This document shows positions 40,849-52,246 of a DNA stretch of 64,000 nucleotides, piece after piece (position 1 is the stretch's first letter; every line of letters starts with the position of its first letter). A model generated the notes under the pieces. The model was not told the DNA's origin. It worked only from the letters and a program-made list of their open reading frames with translations, and did not search any database. A program made the translations under genes and the position numbers. The stretch is from Octopus sinensis (taxonomy: Eukaryota), in assembly GCF_006345805.1 (NCBI RefSeq), contig NC_043003.1:115258001-115322000 (forward strand), read 5' to 3'.

Positions 40849-42070
40849 CTAGCAGAGACACCCGACGTTGCCCGGGAATTAATTTTTCCTTATGTATTGG
40901 AAGAATAATAATAAAAAATAACAATAGTAATATACGAAAATACAAAATTTACCACTTTTATGAAAGGAGATAAATTTTACCACATATGTTGAAGGAGGTT
41001 ATCTTAGAGCTTGTTTTCTGGTTTGGAGCATAGACAAATAAGTATTGCAAATTACCTTCGCTGGAGTAACCAACAAAGTTGACCATGAGAAAATCGAGCA
41101 TGTATATTTCAAAGACTGATCTTGAGCTGTATTAATAGACATTGCAAAGGAATGTAGTACTGGGAATTGTGTTCGTTTGAACTGAAATGGCATGTCTGTT
41201 GGTTTGAGTGTATTTCTTGAAAGGAAAACCTCTTCTCCAGAAATACATCCAGTGATGATAGTGGCTTGTGTCACATTAGGTGATAATGTGTTCACAATCA
41301 ACCTTGTCCCATTGCATAATTTAGGAGGATCTAAATTTCTTAGAACCATTATTGGGACACCCACCTTCAGAAAAAGTTGACGTGGAGGAATTCCATGTGG
41401 CTCAAGAGAATTAAGGAACTCCGCTGAGTAATGCTTTGATTTTCATCACGGACTGAATCAGCTGATTTGTAGTTCTTAATGACTGTTGGAACCTTATTCA
41501 TTAATTCATTGTTAATTCTTGCTACTGTTTCATTTTTTGGATTAAGAATTGCCCTTCCACACAACCATTTATGTGAATTATAATTATTCCTTAACTCTCG
41601 CAATACGCTGTTCTTTAATTGAGCTGGGTAATTTATCATGATAGGAATATGAGCCAAAGTGGTATCGTCACTCCCATCAAGTGGTACTTTACCATTTCCT
41701 AATTGGAGGAGGCAGGTTGAAAACTATTTTGTACATTGGTCCCCATGTAATGAACCTAGCACGTTAGTATTGAAGGAGAATTTCAGTACTTTATTCCATG
41801 GGTGTGAAACCTTAATGCATGTTTTTATTTCATCAGATTTTGTTCGTCTCAGAATGATTGGTAACGTCTGTCTCAAGTCTCCTGATAAAACTAATGTAAC
41901 TCCTCGCATAGATTTATTGTTGCCTCTGATGTCCTGTAAGGTCTTGCCAAGCGCTTACGTTGCACTCCTGTGTGACATTGTGCATTCATCCCAAAAGATA
42001 AGTCGGCATTGGCACAACATTTCTGGTGAACCTGAATCTTCGCTTAAGTCACAAATTAGACTGTCAATCG
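40849..42070 (-). mobile_element. Helitron 3' half: decayed PIF1-type helicase and canonical 3' end
   Basis: IFWDECTM (Walker B), VLSGDLRQTLP, RAILNPKN, PIMVLRNLDPPKLCNGTRL and QFPV..SFAMSIN.AQ.QSL motifs. Terminal hairpin CCCGGGCAACGTCGGG then CTAG-T at 40849 on the minus strand. Confidence 0.93.
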
Positions 42071-42089
42071 TTGTTTATGTATATACATA

Positions 42090-42093
42090 TAGA

Positions 42094-42127
<34 letters not shown>

Positions 42128-42137
42128 AACAGACAGG

Positions 42138-42221
<84 letters not shown>

Positions 42222-42222
42222 T
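42090..42222. repeat. (GATA)n/(GACA)n microsatellite truncating the Helitron
   Basis: Direct reading. Confidence 0.95.
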
Positions 42223-43225
42223 ATTGTCGCACAACATATATGCGCATATTACTCAAGACACATAGAGGTAAGTGATGATAGGAGAAAGCGGTGTATATTA
42301 TGAAGCAACAGTGTAGATGCAAGCGATTGAAAGATTATATGGAAAACTATTTGAAATATCCTGTATTTTTAGAGAGTATCCTCAGATAATTGAGTTGTGA
42401 AGAACAACTGAAGTATAAGAGAGTATTAAGGTATTTCAATGTGTATCAGAGAAAGAGAAGGAATCGAGAACAAAAGAACAACAGTTTAAAGAGGATATTT
42501 TTTCTTGTTTGTTCAATACAAAATGCACACGAGTGATTCTGGCAAAATATAATATTTTTAAGTGCTGCTACACGCAGAAATATACTCTCTCACATCCGCT
42601 CACACTCTGTGTATATGCATACAATTTGATGTGTACACGTATATATAATGAATGTCAAAGGATTAATTTTCCTTCTCGATCCATGGATCCATAAAGCTAA
42701 TTTCCCGTACTCCGTGGCGTGTATATCCACCACCTCCCCGTCTGGAATATCTGTCCGCCACAGGATTTCTTATTTTTACCCTCTGAGAGAATAGAAGCAA
42801 CATAAAATGAAGCGTATTTTTCAAGGACACAACGCATCTCCAGGTCCAGGAATCGAATCCACAATCTTACGATCCTAAGTCACTAATCCATGTACGTTCA
42901 CACAGAATATATGTATGTATATACACATACATAAGAAGACGAAAGAGTGGCCAACATGCTACTGCAGAGTATCGAAACCTGTACCTCTCAAGTTCCGACT
43001 GAGCTTTTTCTATGTAAGTAATCCCTCACAGGAAATAGATTTTTTTCTTTTCCTAAATAATAGCTTTTCGAATGTAAGAATATATATTTGATCTGTTTCT
43101 CTGTGTTATTTCTTTATTAGCCACAAGGGCCCAAAATAGAGGGGGACAAAGAAGGACAGACAGGACACCACAGAAGGGAAAATACATAAAACGAATATGA
43201 ATGAGATGATTATATAACAATGAGG

Positions 43226-43668
43226 GGATCTTCTCGGTTTCAACGGCAGTTTTTTAATATAATTTCCACGTAACTAAACACTTTTAAACTTCGTATACTG
43301 GTAAAGTTTGTTTATAAAACTTCTTTTTCTCTTGGCTTTATTGAGAAAATTCTATAGTTTGTAAGATATTTGTTGTTGTTTTTCTTCAATTTCTGCAATT
43401 TCAACCAATCACTGACGTCCACTGAGGTAAAAAATTATTCTGTGCCGTATGAATATGTCCCTCGTTTAAGAAACAGATTGGGTTTATTTAGATTTGTGAA
43501 GAAAAAACGATACCCTTCCCCCACACCTAACCCTAACCCTAACTAATCCTAACTAACCCTAACCCTAAAAAAGATTGAAATGCAATAGATCGATACTAGT
43601 GTCATAATTATGGGTGACAATTTCATATAGCACCGCTAGGAAAAATGCCCTTCAAACCGAAAAGATCC
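43226..43668. mobile_element. GGATC-TIR MITE copy M2
   Basis: Both TIRs present; 8-bp TSD CAATGAGG/CAAAGAGG. Confidence 0.93.
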
Positions 43669-43966
43669 CAAAGAGGTTATGAATGGCTGCATGCGCCCCT
43701 CATCACATGCAGTACCATAAATCTTTTAAACAGTCCGTTTTTATCATGTATTTACATAACAATAAATTATCATGTTACATATCATTGCAAGTATTTGAAC
43801 CGTTATATACATTCTCTACAATTGTTTTCTTTTTCAATATTTTTTTAAAACATAACATAAAACGCCTGGCTCTTTCTTTTTTTCTTCCTTTTTTTTCTCC
43901 TTTTACTTTTTTTCGTTTTTCTTTTCTCTTTTTTTTTCCTGTCAATTTAACATTCTTATTTACTTT

Positions 43967-44540
43967 TTAGTAATATTTCATTAGTGGTTCGATATCTACT
44001 AAATCCACTACTGGTGGCAATTCTTTGAATTCCACCCTTACTCCTGGTGGTTCAATATTATCTCCACACATTTCTTGTAGTCTCTTATAACTTTCTTCTT
44101 CAATCCCTATCGCCTTCATGTCCTCTTCATATATATATATATGCTGGTACCTTTACTCTTTCTATTTGATTGAACTTGAGTATTTCCTTCTCTTTTTCAA
44201 TATTCTTCGAGCATGTAACCTAATACCATACACCATTTCCTCCTTTTATTTTCTTTCCGTTATTTTGACTTTCCTGTTCTCTCTTTTCCTCCTCCACTCT
44301 AAACAGTCTCTCTAATTCTTCTTCGGCCAGCTGAATTTCCGAATCCTTTTCTACCGGAGCAACTGGTATTTATTACTTGTAGCTCCACATTCTTTTTACT
44401 TTCTTTCTCTGTCACCCTTTTGTCTTCCTTCCTGCTGACCTCCTTCGCGGTTTCTTTTCTCATATCTTCTCTCTTCTTTTTCTGTTTCTCTGTGTTCCAA
44501 ATTTAAATCTTGCCGAATTCAGCTTCGTTTCTCATCCCTC
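43967..44540 (-). pseudogene. Decayed charged-residue-rich ORF C-terminus, possibly a LINE ORF1 remnant
   Basis: EIQLAEEELERLFRVEEEKREQ...EEDMKAIGIEEESYKRLQEMCGDNIEPPGVRVEFKELPPVVDLVDIEPLMKYY*, with one stop and one frameshift at a (TA)n. No diagnostic motif recognised. Confidence 0.35.
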
Positions 44541-44831
44541 TTGTGTGGGGAAATGAACGTATTATCAATAGAGTTACCTCTGCGCAGTTGTTTGAGATTA
44601 TGACGAGACGCAATTTGGAGTCTATTTCCGCTCCTGTCGGAAAGTGACGTGAATTCTATATAATCAGCAAGGATTCTAGGAGAATGAAATGCAGTGTGTT
44701 AATGGTGAATTATGAACCACTAGACAATTACAATGAAGATACGTCGAAAAATATTGTGATTATATATCATTCTTCAACGGGAGTATATTTACAATTTCAT
44801 AAACATAAATTTAAATTTTGGTCTAAATACC

Positions 44832-45065
44832 TATTTCTTTACTGCCCACAAGGGGCTACACACAGAGGGGACAAACAAGGACAGACAAACGGATTAAGTC
44901 GATTATATCGACCCCAGTGCGTAACTGGTACTTATTTAATCGACCCCGAAAGGATGGAAGGCAAAGTCGACCTCGGCGGAATTTGAACTCAGAACGTAAC
45001 GGCAGACGAAATACGGCTACTCATTTCGCCGGGCGTGTTTACGTTTCTGCCTGTTCGCCGCCTTA
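44832..45065 (-). mobile_element. SINE family B with a 16-bp TSD (1 mismatch)
   Basis: TTTTGGTCTAAATACC (44816-44831) / TTTTGCTCTAAATACC (45066-45081). Confidence 0.92.
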
Positions 45066-45149
45066 TTTTGCTCTAAATACCGATGTCCCTAATGGCAGCC
45101 CAAACTGGGGCACAAAGGAGAAATAATCACTTTATTCAACACCTTTACT

Positions 45150-45838
45150 TCCTCGCTTACGACGACGAGGCTTCCCGTTTATCTGATCAACGAACAGCCT
45201 ACTCTTGGAATTAACGTGCAAGTGGCCGAGCCTTTCGCAGTCACGCGTATCTTAACGTAGTTCTCAGGGAGACTCGGCGTCACATAGAATGTGACAAGAC
45301 TGGCCTCTGTAAATTTACGTGCGACTCATTTTGGGCAACCGAGTGAACTGCAGTGACAAATCGCAGAGTAGCCGGTATCAAGAGAAACCAGCACTATTTT
45401 AAGTTCAATAAAATCTCTTTCGTGTGTCTTCAACTCTAGATCAATGTATAGTTGGAAGCACTCCGTCGGTTACGACGATGAGGGTTCCGGTTGATCCGAA
45501 TCAACGGAACAGCCTGCTCGTGAAATTAACGTGTAAGTGGCTGAGCACTCCACAGACACGTGTACCCTTAACGTAGTTCTTGGGGATATTCAGCGTGACA
45601 CAGAGAGTGACAAGGCCGGCTCCTTGAAATACAGGTACAACAGAAACAGGAAGTAAGAGTGAGAGAAAGTTGTGGTGAAAGAGTACAGCAGGGATCACCA
45701 CCATCCCCTGCCGCAGCCTCGTGGAGCTTTTAGGTGTTTTCGCTCAATAAACAGTCACAACGCCCGGTCTGGGAATCGAAACCGTGATCCTATGACCGCG
45801 AGTCCGCTGCCCTAACCACTGGACCATTGCGCCTCCAC
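45150..45838 (-). mobile_element. Two adjacent family C SINE copies (45150-45400 partial, 45455-45838 with head)
   Basis: Both share TTACGACGA.GAGG.TTCC..TT.ATC.GA.TCAAC(G)GAACAGCCT.CTC.TG.AATTAACGTG.AAGTGGC.GAGC; the head matches 31800-31856. Confidence 0.8.
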
Positions 45839-46448
45839 TCAATTTATAGTTGACAAAATGGATGACCACAGTCACAGGAAATTGATTATGCATCTCTTTT
45901 CTTGCTACACCTGTAGGGACGAGAAATTCTTCTCTGATATAATGCAGCAACGCTGTAATATTTCTGCAGATGAGTAAGCTTCATAAGCTACCCCCTGGAA
46001 GCAAAACACACCACAATCTATAGCAACAGCCACTAAATCTTAACACTGATGTCAGCCCAGCCTCTAATATTAGCGAAATAGAAAGGGAGCATGAGTCTTA
46101 ACAATGGGTTCAATCATAATTTAGGACATCAACGTTTTGTGCCATCAACTGGGTTTTTGTTTGTGTATTTGGTATTGAATCGTAGGAAAAATAAATGATT
46201 CACACGTTTCATTTGCCAGACTATTAGACGCTTCACCAGTAGAGTTTAATCCTCCATTTCGAAAAATATAAAGATAAAACAAAACAGATAAGAATGAGCT
46301 TGAAATTGTTACACGTATCGAAAAAAATTGTTACAAGTGAGGATATTAATGCGAAATAATCATAACCTAATCATGGAATATATGGATTGCCTTCAAGACG
46401 AAAATTGTGCACAGATTCGTGTAGAAATTGGAATACTCCCGAATCTTG

Positions 46449-46863
46449 GGATCTTTTCGGCTTGAACGGCAGTTTTTTCTAGCGGTGTCATATGAAATTG
46501 TCACCCATAATTATAACCCTACTATCGATCTATTGCATTTAAATCTGTTTTAGGGTTAGGGTTAGTGGTGGGGAAAGGGTTTTTTTTTTCTTCACAAATG
46601 TAAATAAACCCAATCTGTTTCTTAAACGAGGGACATACTCATACGACACAGAATGTTTTTTACCTCAATAGACGTTATTGATTGGTTGAAATTGCAGAAA
46701 TTGAAGAATAAAAACAACAAATATCTTACAAACTATAGAATTTTCTCAATAAAGCCAAGAGAAAAAGATGTTTTATAAACACATTCTACCAGTATACGAA
46801 GTTTAAAATGTTTTAGTTACCTAGAAATTATGTTAAAAATTGCCGTTCAAACCGAAAAGATCC
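46449..46863. mobile_element. GGATC-TIR MITE copy M3
   Basis: Both TIRs present; 8-bp TSD GAATCTTG/GATTCTTG. Confidence 0.95.
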
Positions 46864-47531
46864 GATTCTTGTTCCAGCATTGTATGACACACCCAAAACA
46901 CGAAATAATTTCTAGCGATGGCACCTGGGTTTGTGTCACTGTTATAGTGAGTATCAGTGGTATAGTGGATACTCAGGCACCTGGGTGAGTATCAGTGGTA
47001 TAATCACTTTCCAGAGGAAGAGAGAGGCACTTCTTGGTATAGATAGTGAAAAGGAAGCAACATTTTTGGAAGTATATATGTATGTGTGTGTCTGTCCGCG
47101 CGCGCGCGCGTGTATGTATTTGTAGGTTTATGTTTATATATACGTGTATCCACACGAATATATATTTGTGTATGTATAAATTGGTTCGGAAATGCAATAG
47201 AACAATTTATAAACTAGTAACGTAAGTTTCACACGTAACATTGGTATATGACACAGCTGCAGTAATATGTTGAGCATTTGGTAGAAGAAATTCACTGACT
47301 GCTGTTGGATGAAAATAGAATATCAAATATAGTCTAATGATACAATGACTATTTGAGGAAAAAAGTAAAATTAATTGGGTGGGAAAGGGGGAGGGAGAGA
47401 GCAATTAGACTGATGACTGGCAGAATATGAAATGTTTCAAATTGGCAAAACAAACAAGTGGCATTCAATACAAAACGTAAACTATAATTATAAAGAAAAG
47501 AGAGGGCAAGAGCAGAGGTAAGGGAAATCTT

Positions 47532-47555
47532 GGATCTTTTCGGTTTGAACGGCAG
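47532..47555. mobile_element. Solo TIR of the GGATC MITE (M4)
   Basis: GGATCTTTTCGGTTTGAACGGCAG followed by unrelated sequence. Confidence 0.9.
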
Positions 47556-47802
47556 AAAGCACGTATATCAAACCACCATCCTGATCTGAACTTTAAATTT
47601 CCTGCTTATTGCATTCAACCCCCAATCTGGAGCACATGTTCGATTACCTCAGTTATTTACAGAATTTGACTATCAAATCTACGTATTCTCTATAAATATC
47701 ATTCTAGGAGATTCACCATGTGTCATAATGGTATATATATTTCTTACAACTTCACTCCTTTTTAATGCTTCCTTCTCCAACTGCTCACATTTTAAAGATT
47801 TC

Positions 47803-48215
47803 GGATATTTTCGGTTTGAACGGCAGATTTTTCTGGCGGTGTCATATGAAATTGTCACCCATAATTATGACCCTAGTATAATCTCTTTTAGGGTTAGTTA
47901 GGGTTGGTTAGGGTTAGGGATGGGGGAAGGATATCTGTTTTTCTTCACAAATGTAAATAAACCCAATCTGTTTCTTAAACGAGGGACATATTCATATGGC
48001 ACAGAATGATTTTTAACTCAATAGACGTCACTGATTGGTTGAAATTGCAGAAATTGAAGAAAAACAACAACAAATATCTTACAAACTATAGAATTTTCTC
48101 AATAAAGTCAAGAGAAAAAGATGTTTTATAAACACATTCTACCAGTATACGAAGTTTAAAAATTTTTAGTTACCTAGAAATTATGTTAAAACTGCCGTTC
48201 AAACCGAAAACATCC
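47803..48215. mobile_element. GGATC-TIR MITE copy M5
   Basis: Both TIRs present; no direct TSD, but the left flank AAGATTTC is the reverse complement of the M4 left flank. Confidence 0.93.
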
Positions 48216-48475
48216 GCAATCTGTAATATTTGTTATAACAAATATTATTAATTTACAGATGATATTTGTTCCGATTCCTACTCTTTAGCAAGAACTCTTG
48301 CACATTTACTCGAGTAAATTCTTTTTTATGTTTGTCATATTCAAACATAAAATACATTTTGGTGTTTTGTTATCTATACTTTAATGGAGAAATCTACTTA
48401 TCGATTAATTCTAATCATGCCAAAAGATTATCAAAGGTTAGTCTGCCTGGAATCTTTTTTATAAATTTCAGATTT

Positions 48476-48907
48476 GGATCTTTTCGGTTTGAACGGCAGT
48501 TTTTAACATAATTCCTAGGTAACTAAAAAATGTTAAACTGCGTATACTGGTAGAATGTGTTTATAAAACATCTTTTCTCTTGGCGTTATTGAGAAAATTC
48601 TATAGTTTGTAAGATATTTGTTGTTGTTTTTTCTTCAATTTCTGCAATTTCAACCAATCACTGACGTCTAGTGAGGTAAAAAACATCCTGTGCCGTATGA
48701 GTATGTGCCTCGTTTAAGAAACAGATTGGGTTTATTTACATTTGTGAAGAAAAAAGATACTCTTCCCCCCACCCCTAACCCTAACCCTAACTAACCCTAA
48801 CGCTAAAACAGATTGAAATGCAATAGATCGATACTAGGGTCATAATTATGGGTGACAATTTCATATGACACCGCTAGAAAAAACTGCCGTTCAAACCGAA
48901 AAGATCC
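48476..48907. mobile_element. GGATC-TIR MITE copy M6 (opposite orientation to M5)
   Basis: Both TIRs present; no 8-bp TSD (TCAGATTT/AATGTCTT). Confidence 0.95.
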
Positions 48908-49138
48908 AATGTCTTTTATCAAAATGCAGTTTTGGAGCTTCGTTAGAGTTGCGTATTTCAGGGACATGCTTCCATCATAAATCTTATTCACTATGACATT
49001 TGAATTTACTGCGGGCTTTATTTAACGTATGTATACATTTGTGAAACTATAAATGTTGCCCAAATGTTTCCAAAGTTACTTTCTCCAGAATATAAGTTTA
49101 AATACATCAGCAGCAAAATTATACTGATTCCAGTGTCT

Positions 49139-49528
49139 GGATCTTTCCAGTTTGAACGGCAGTTTTTTCTAGCGGTGTCATATGAAATTGTCACCCATAA
49201 CTATGACCCTAGTATCGATCTATTCCATTTAAATCTATTTTAGAGTTAGGGTTAGTTAGAGTTACTGTTAGTTGTGGGGGAAAGGTATCTCCATTTTTTT
49301 TCAGAAATGTAAATAAACGCAATCTGTTTCTGAAACGAGGGATATTTTCATACGGCACAGAATGTTTTCCCCTCAATAGACGGTCATTGATTGGTTGAAA
49401 TTGCAGAAATTGAAGAAAACAAACAACAAATATCTTACAAACCATAGAATTTTCTCAATACGAAGTTTACATTTTTGTTAGCTACCTAGAAATTATGTTA
49501 AAAACTGCCGTTCAAACCGAAAAGATGC
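49139..49528. mobile_element. GGATC-TIR MITE copy M7 between 231-bp direct duplicates
   Basis: Both TIRs present; 48908-49138 is repeated at 49529-49759. Confidence 0.93.
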
Positions 49529-50221
49529 AATGTCTATTATCAAAATGCAGTTTTGGAGCTTCGTTATAGTTGCGTATTTCAAGGACATGCTTCCATCACA
49601 AATCTTATTCACTATGACATTTGAATTTACTGCGGGCTTTATTTAACGTCTGTATACATTTGTGAAACTATAAATGTTGCCCAAATGTTTCCAAAGTTAC
49701 TTTCTCCAAAATATAAGTTTAAATACATCAGCAGCAAAATTATGTTGAATCCAGTGTCGTTTCATATTTGCTGGGTGTTGTTGAAGAAATAGAAATCTGA
49801 ATAAGACAAATGGTTTTAGTTTACATACGACAACTGTGAATGACTACAAACACACACCCCATCACCCACTGATTATGTTTCCTGATAACTTTCAAGAAAA
49901 TGGATACTTTTAAAGAAATTTTCTACGAATATCTTTCAGATGGCATAGATTGCGATTATATCGGAATTTAATGTTTAAAAATGATGGAGAGGATGACAGT
50001 TTACACATCTCTACTTTATTTTCGTCCTACATTTTCATAATATCATTACAAGTGAATGTTGAAAAATATGACTTTTGAGAAATATTGCACTCTTTGCCGA
50101 AAATGTTCTGAAATAAATCTGTGTGGAAAGGGAAGTACAAAGCTAACAGGAATTATATTTTCGCAACCCTAATCACTGTTTTTTTAAATAGAATCTAGGA
50201 TGGTCTGTTCCCTGCGTGACA

Positions 50222-50314
50222 CCTTGGTTGAGCAGGTGGCTTCTTCTATAGCCTCGCTCCGACCAAAGCCTTGTGAGTAGATATGGTAGATGGAAACTGA
50301 AAGAACCCGTCGTA

Positions 50315-50408
<94 letters not shown>

Positions 50409-50610
50409 TGTGTCTGTGTTTGTCCCCCCCACTATTGCTTGATAACCAATGCTGGTGTGTTTATGTCCCCTGTAACCTAGCAGTTCGGCAAAATAGAACG
50501 ATGGAATAAGTTCTAGGCTTACAGAAATAAGTCCTGGGTTCGATTTGTTCGACTGAAAGGCGGTACTCCAGAATGGCTGCAGTCAAATGACTGAAACAAA
50601 TAAAATAATA
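50222..50610 (+). mobile_element. SINE family A, 5'-truncated
   Basis: CCGACCAAAGCCTTGTGAGT..GACGGAAACTGAAAGAA..GTCAAATGACTGAAAC. Confidence 0.85.
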
Positions 50611-50833
50611 ACATAACTGTCAGTAAAACCTCAACAAAATGGGGAAACAAAATTGAGGCATATAAATTAACCATCACGGTCTATTTTCCACATGGGATTC
50701 CTATGAAATCGTAATCTGAATCGCAATATAATCGTAATCTAGACAGTCTGAAATGTATTTGTAGAAACTCACCTTAATAAATATACATTTTTCAGGAAGA
50801 TGTGAGGAAATTAAATCAAATGGGTACAGTTGT

Positions 50834-51242
50834 GGAATGTTTTCGGTTTGAACGGCAGTTTTTGACATAATTTCTAGGTAACTAAAGAATTTTAAACTTC
50901 GTATACCGGTAGAATGTGTTTATAAAACATTTTTTTCTCTTGACTTTATTGAGAAAATTCTATAGTTTGTAAGATATTTGTTGTTTCTTTCTTCAATTTC
51001 TGCAATTTCAACCAATCAAATACGTCTATTGAGGTAAAAATCATTCTGTGTCGTATAAATATGTCCCTCGTTTAAGAAACAGATTACGTTTATTTACATT
51101 TGTGAAGAAAAAAAGATACTCTTCCCCCCACCCTAACCCTATAACAGATTGAACTGCAATAGATCGATACTAGGGTCATAATTATGGGTGACAATTTCAT
51201 ATGACACCGCTAGAAAATCTGCCGTTCAAACCGAAAAGATCC
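50834..51242. mobile_element. GGATC-TIR MITE copy M8
   Basis: Left TIR slightly degenerate, right TIR intact; the right flank is an inverted copy of 43669-44117. Confidence 0.92.
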
Positions 51243-51696
51243 GAAGGCGATAGTGACTGAAGAGGAAAGTTATAAGAGACTGAATGAAACGTGTGGAGAT
51301 AATATTGACCCACCAGGAGTAAGGGTGGAAGTCAAAGAATTGCCACCAGAAGTGGATTTAGTAGATATCGAACCACTAATGAAATATTACTAAAAAGTAA
51401 ATAAGTATGTTAAATTGACAGGAAAAAAAGAGAAAAGAAAAACGAAAAAAGAAAAAAAGAAAAAGGAGAAAAAAAGGAAGAAAAAAAAGAAAGAGCCAGG
51501 CGTTTTATGTTATGTTTTTAAAAAATATTGAAAAAGAGAACAATTGTAGATATTGTATATAACGGTTCAAATACTTACAATGGTATGTAACAGGATAATT
51601 ATTTTTTTATGTAAATACATGATAAAACGGACTGTTTAAAATATTAATGGTACTGCATGTGATGAGAGGCGCATGCAGCCATCCATAACCTCATTG

Positions 51697-51755
51697 GGAT
51701 ATTTTTAGTTACCTAGAAGTTATGTTAAAAACTGCCGTTCAAACCGAAAAGATCT
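51697..51755. mobile_element. Internally deleted GGATC MITE (M9)
   Basis: GGATATTTTT fused to AGTTACCTAGAAGTTATGTTAAAAACTGCCGTTCAAACCGAAAAGATC. Confidence 0.85.
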
Positions 51756-51934
51756 TTAATTTTAATGAGGGAGTGATTACCATTACCCGTATTGCGAGTT
51801 CAAAGTAAAGTCAGACATAATATATAAGAAAAACTACACAAATTACGATCCATATGTATAAATATCATTTCGCAACCAAAGGAAAACGGCCCGGGGGTGG
51901 TCCTCCTGCTGGTATTTAGTAATGTAGTTTTCAT

Positions 51935-52099
51935 ATAGGCGCAGGAGTGGCTGTGTGGTAAGTAGCTTGTTTACCAACCACATGGTTCCGGGTTCAGTCC
52001 CACTGCGTGGCATCTTCGGCAAGTGTCTTCTACTATAACCTCAGGCCGACCAAAGCCTTGTGAATGGATTCGATAGACGGAAACTGAAAGAAGCCTGTC

Positions 52100-52134
<35 letters not shown>

Positions 52135-52246
52135 TGTGTGTTTGTGTGTCTTTGTTCGTCCCCCTAGCATTGCTTGACAACCGATGCTGATTAAAGGCGG
52201 TGCTCCAGCATGGCCGCAGTCAAATGACTGAAACGAGTAAAAGAAT
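51935..52246 (+). mobile_element. SINE family A with intact head and an internal deletion
   Basis: ATAGGCGCAGGAGTGGCTGTGTGGTAAGTAGCTTG..GGTTCCGGGTTCAGTCCC. Confidence 0.92.

Noticed and set aside
47532-49759. Repeat-spacer alternation superficially like a CRISPR array
   Set aside because: Repeats are ~415-bp TIR elements in alternating orientation with 230-260 bp spacers, in eukaryotic DNA with no cas genes.
51935-52015. tRNA-like A/B boxes in SINE heads
   Set aside because: No complete cloverleaf or acceptor stem; they are heads of dispersed SINEs.
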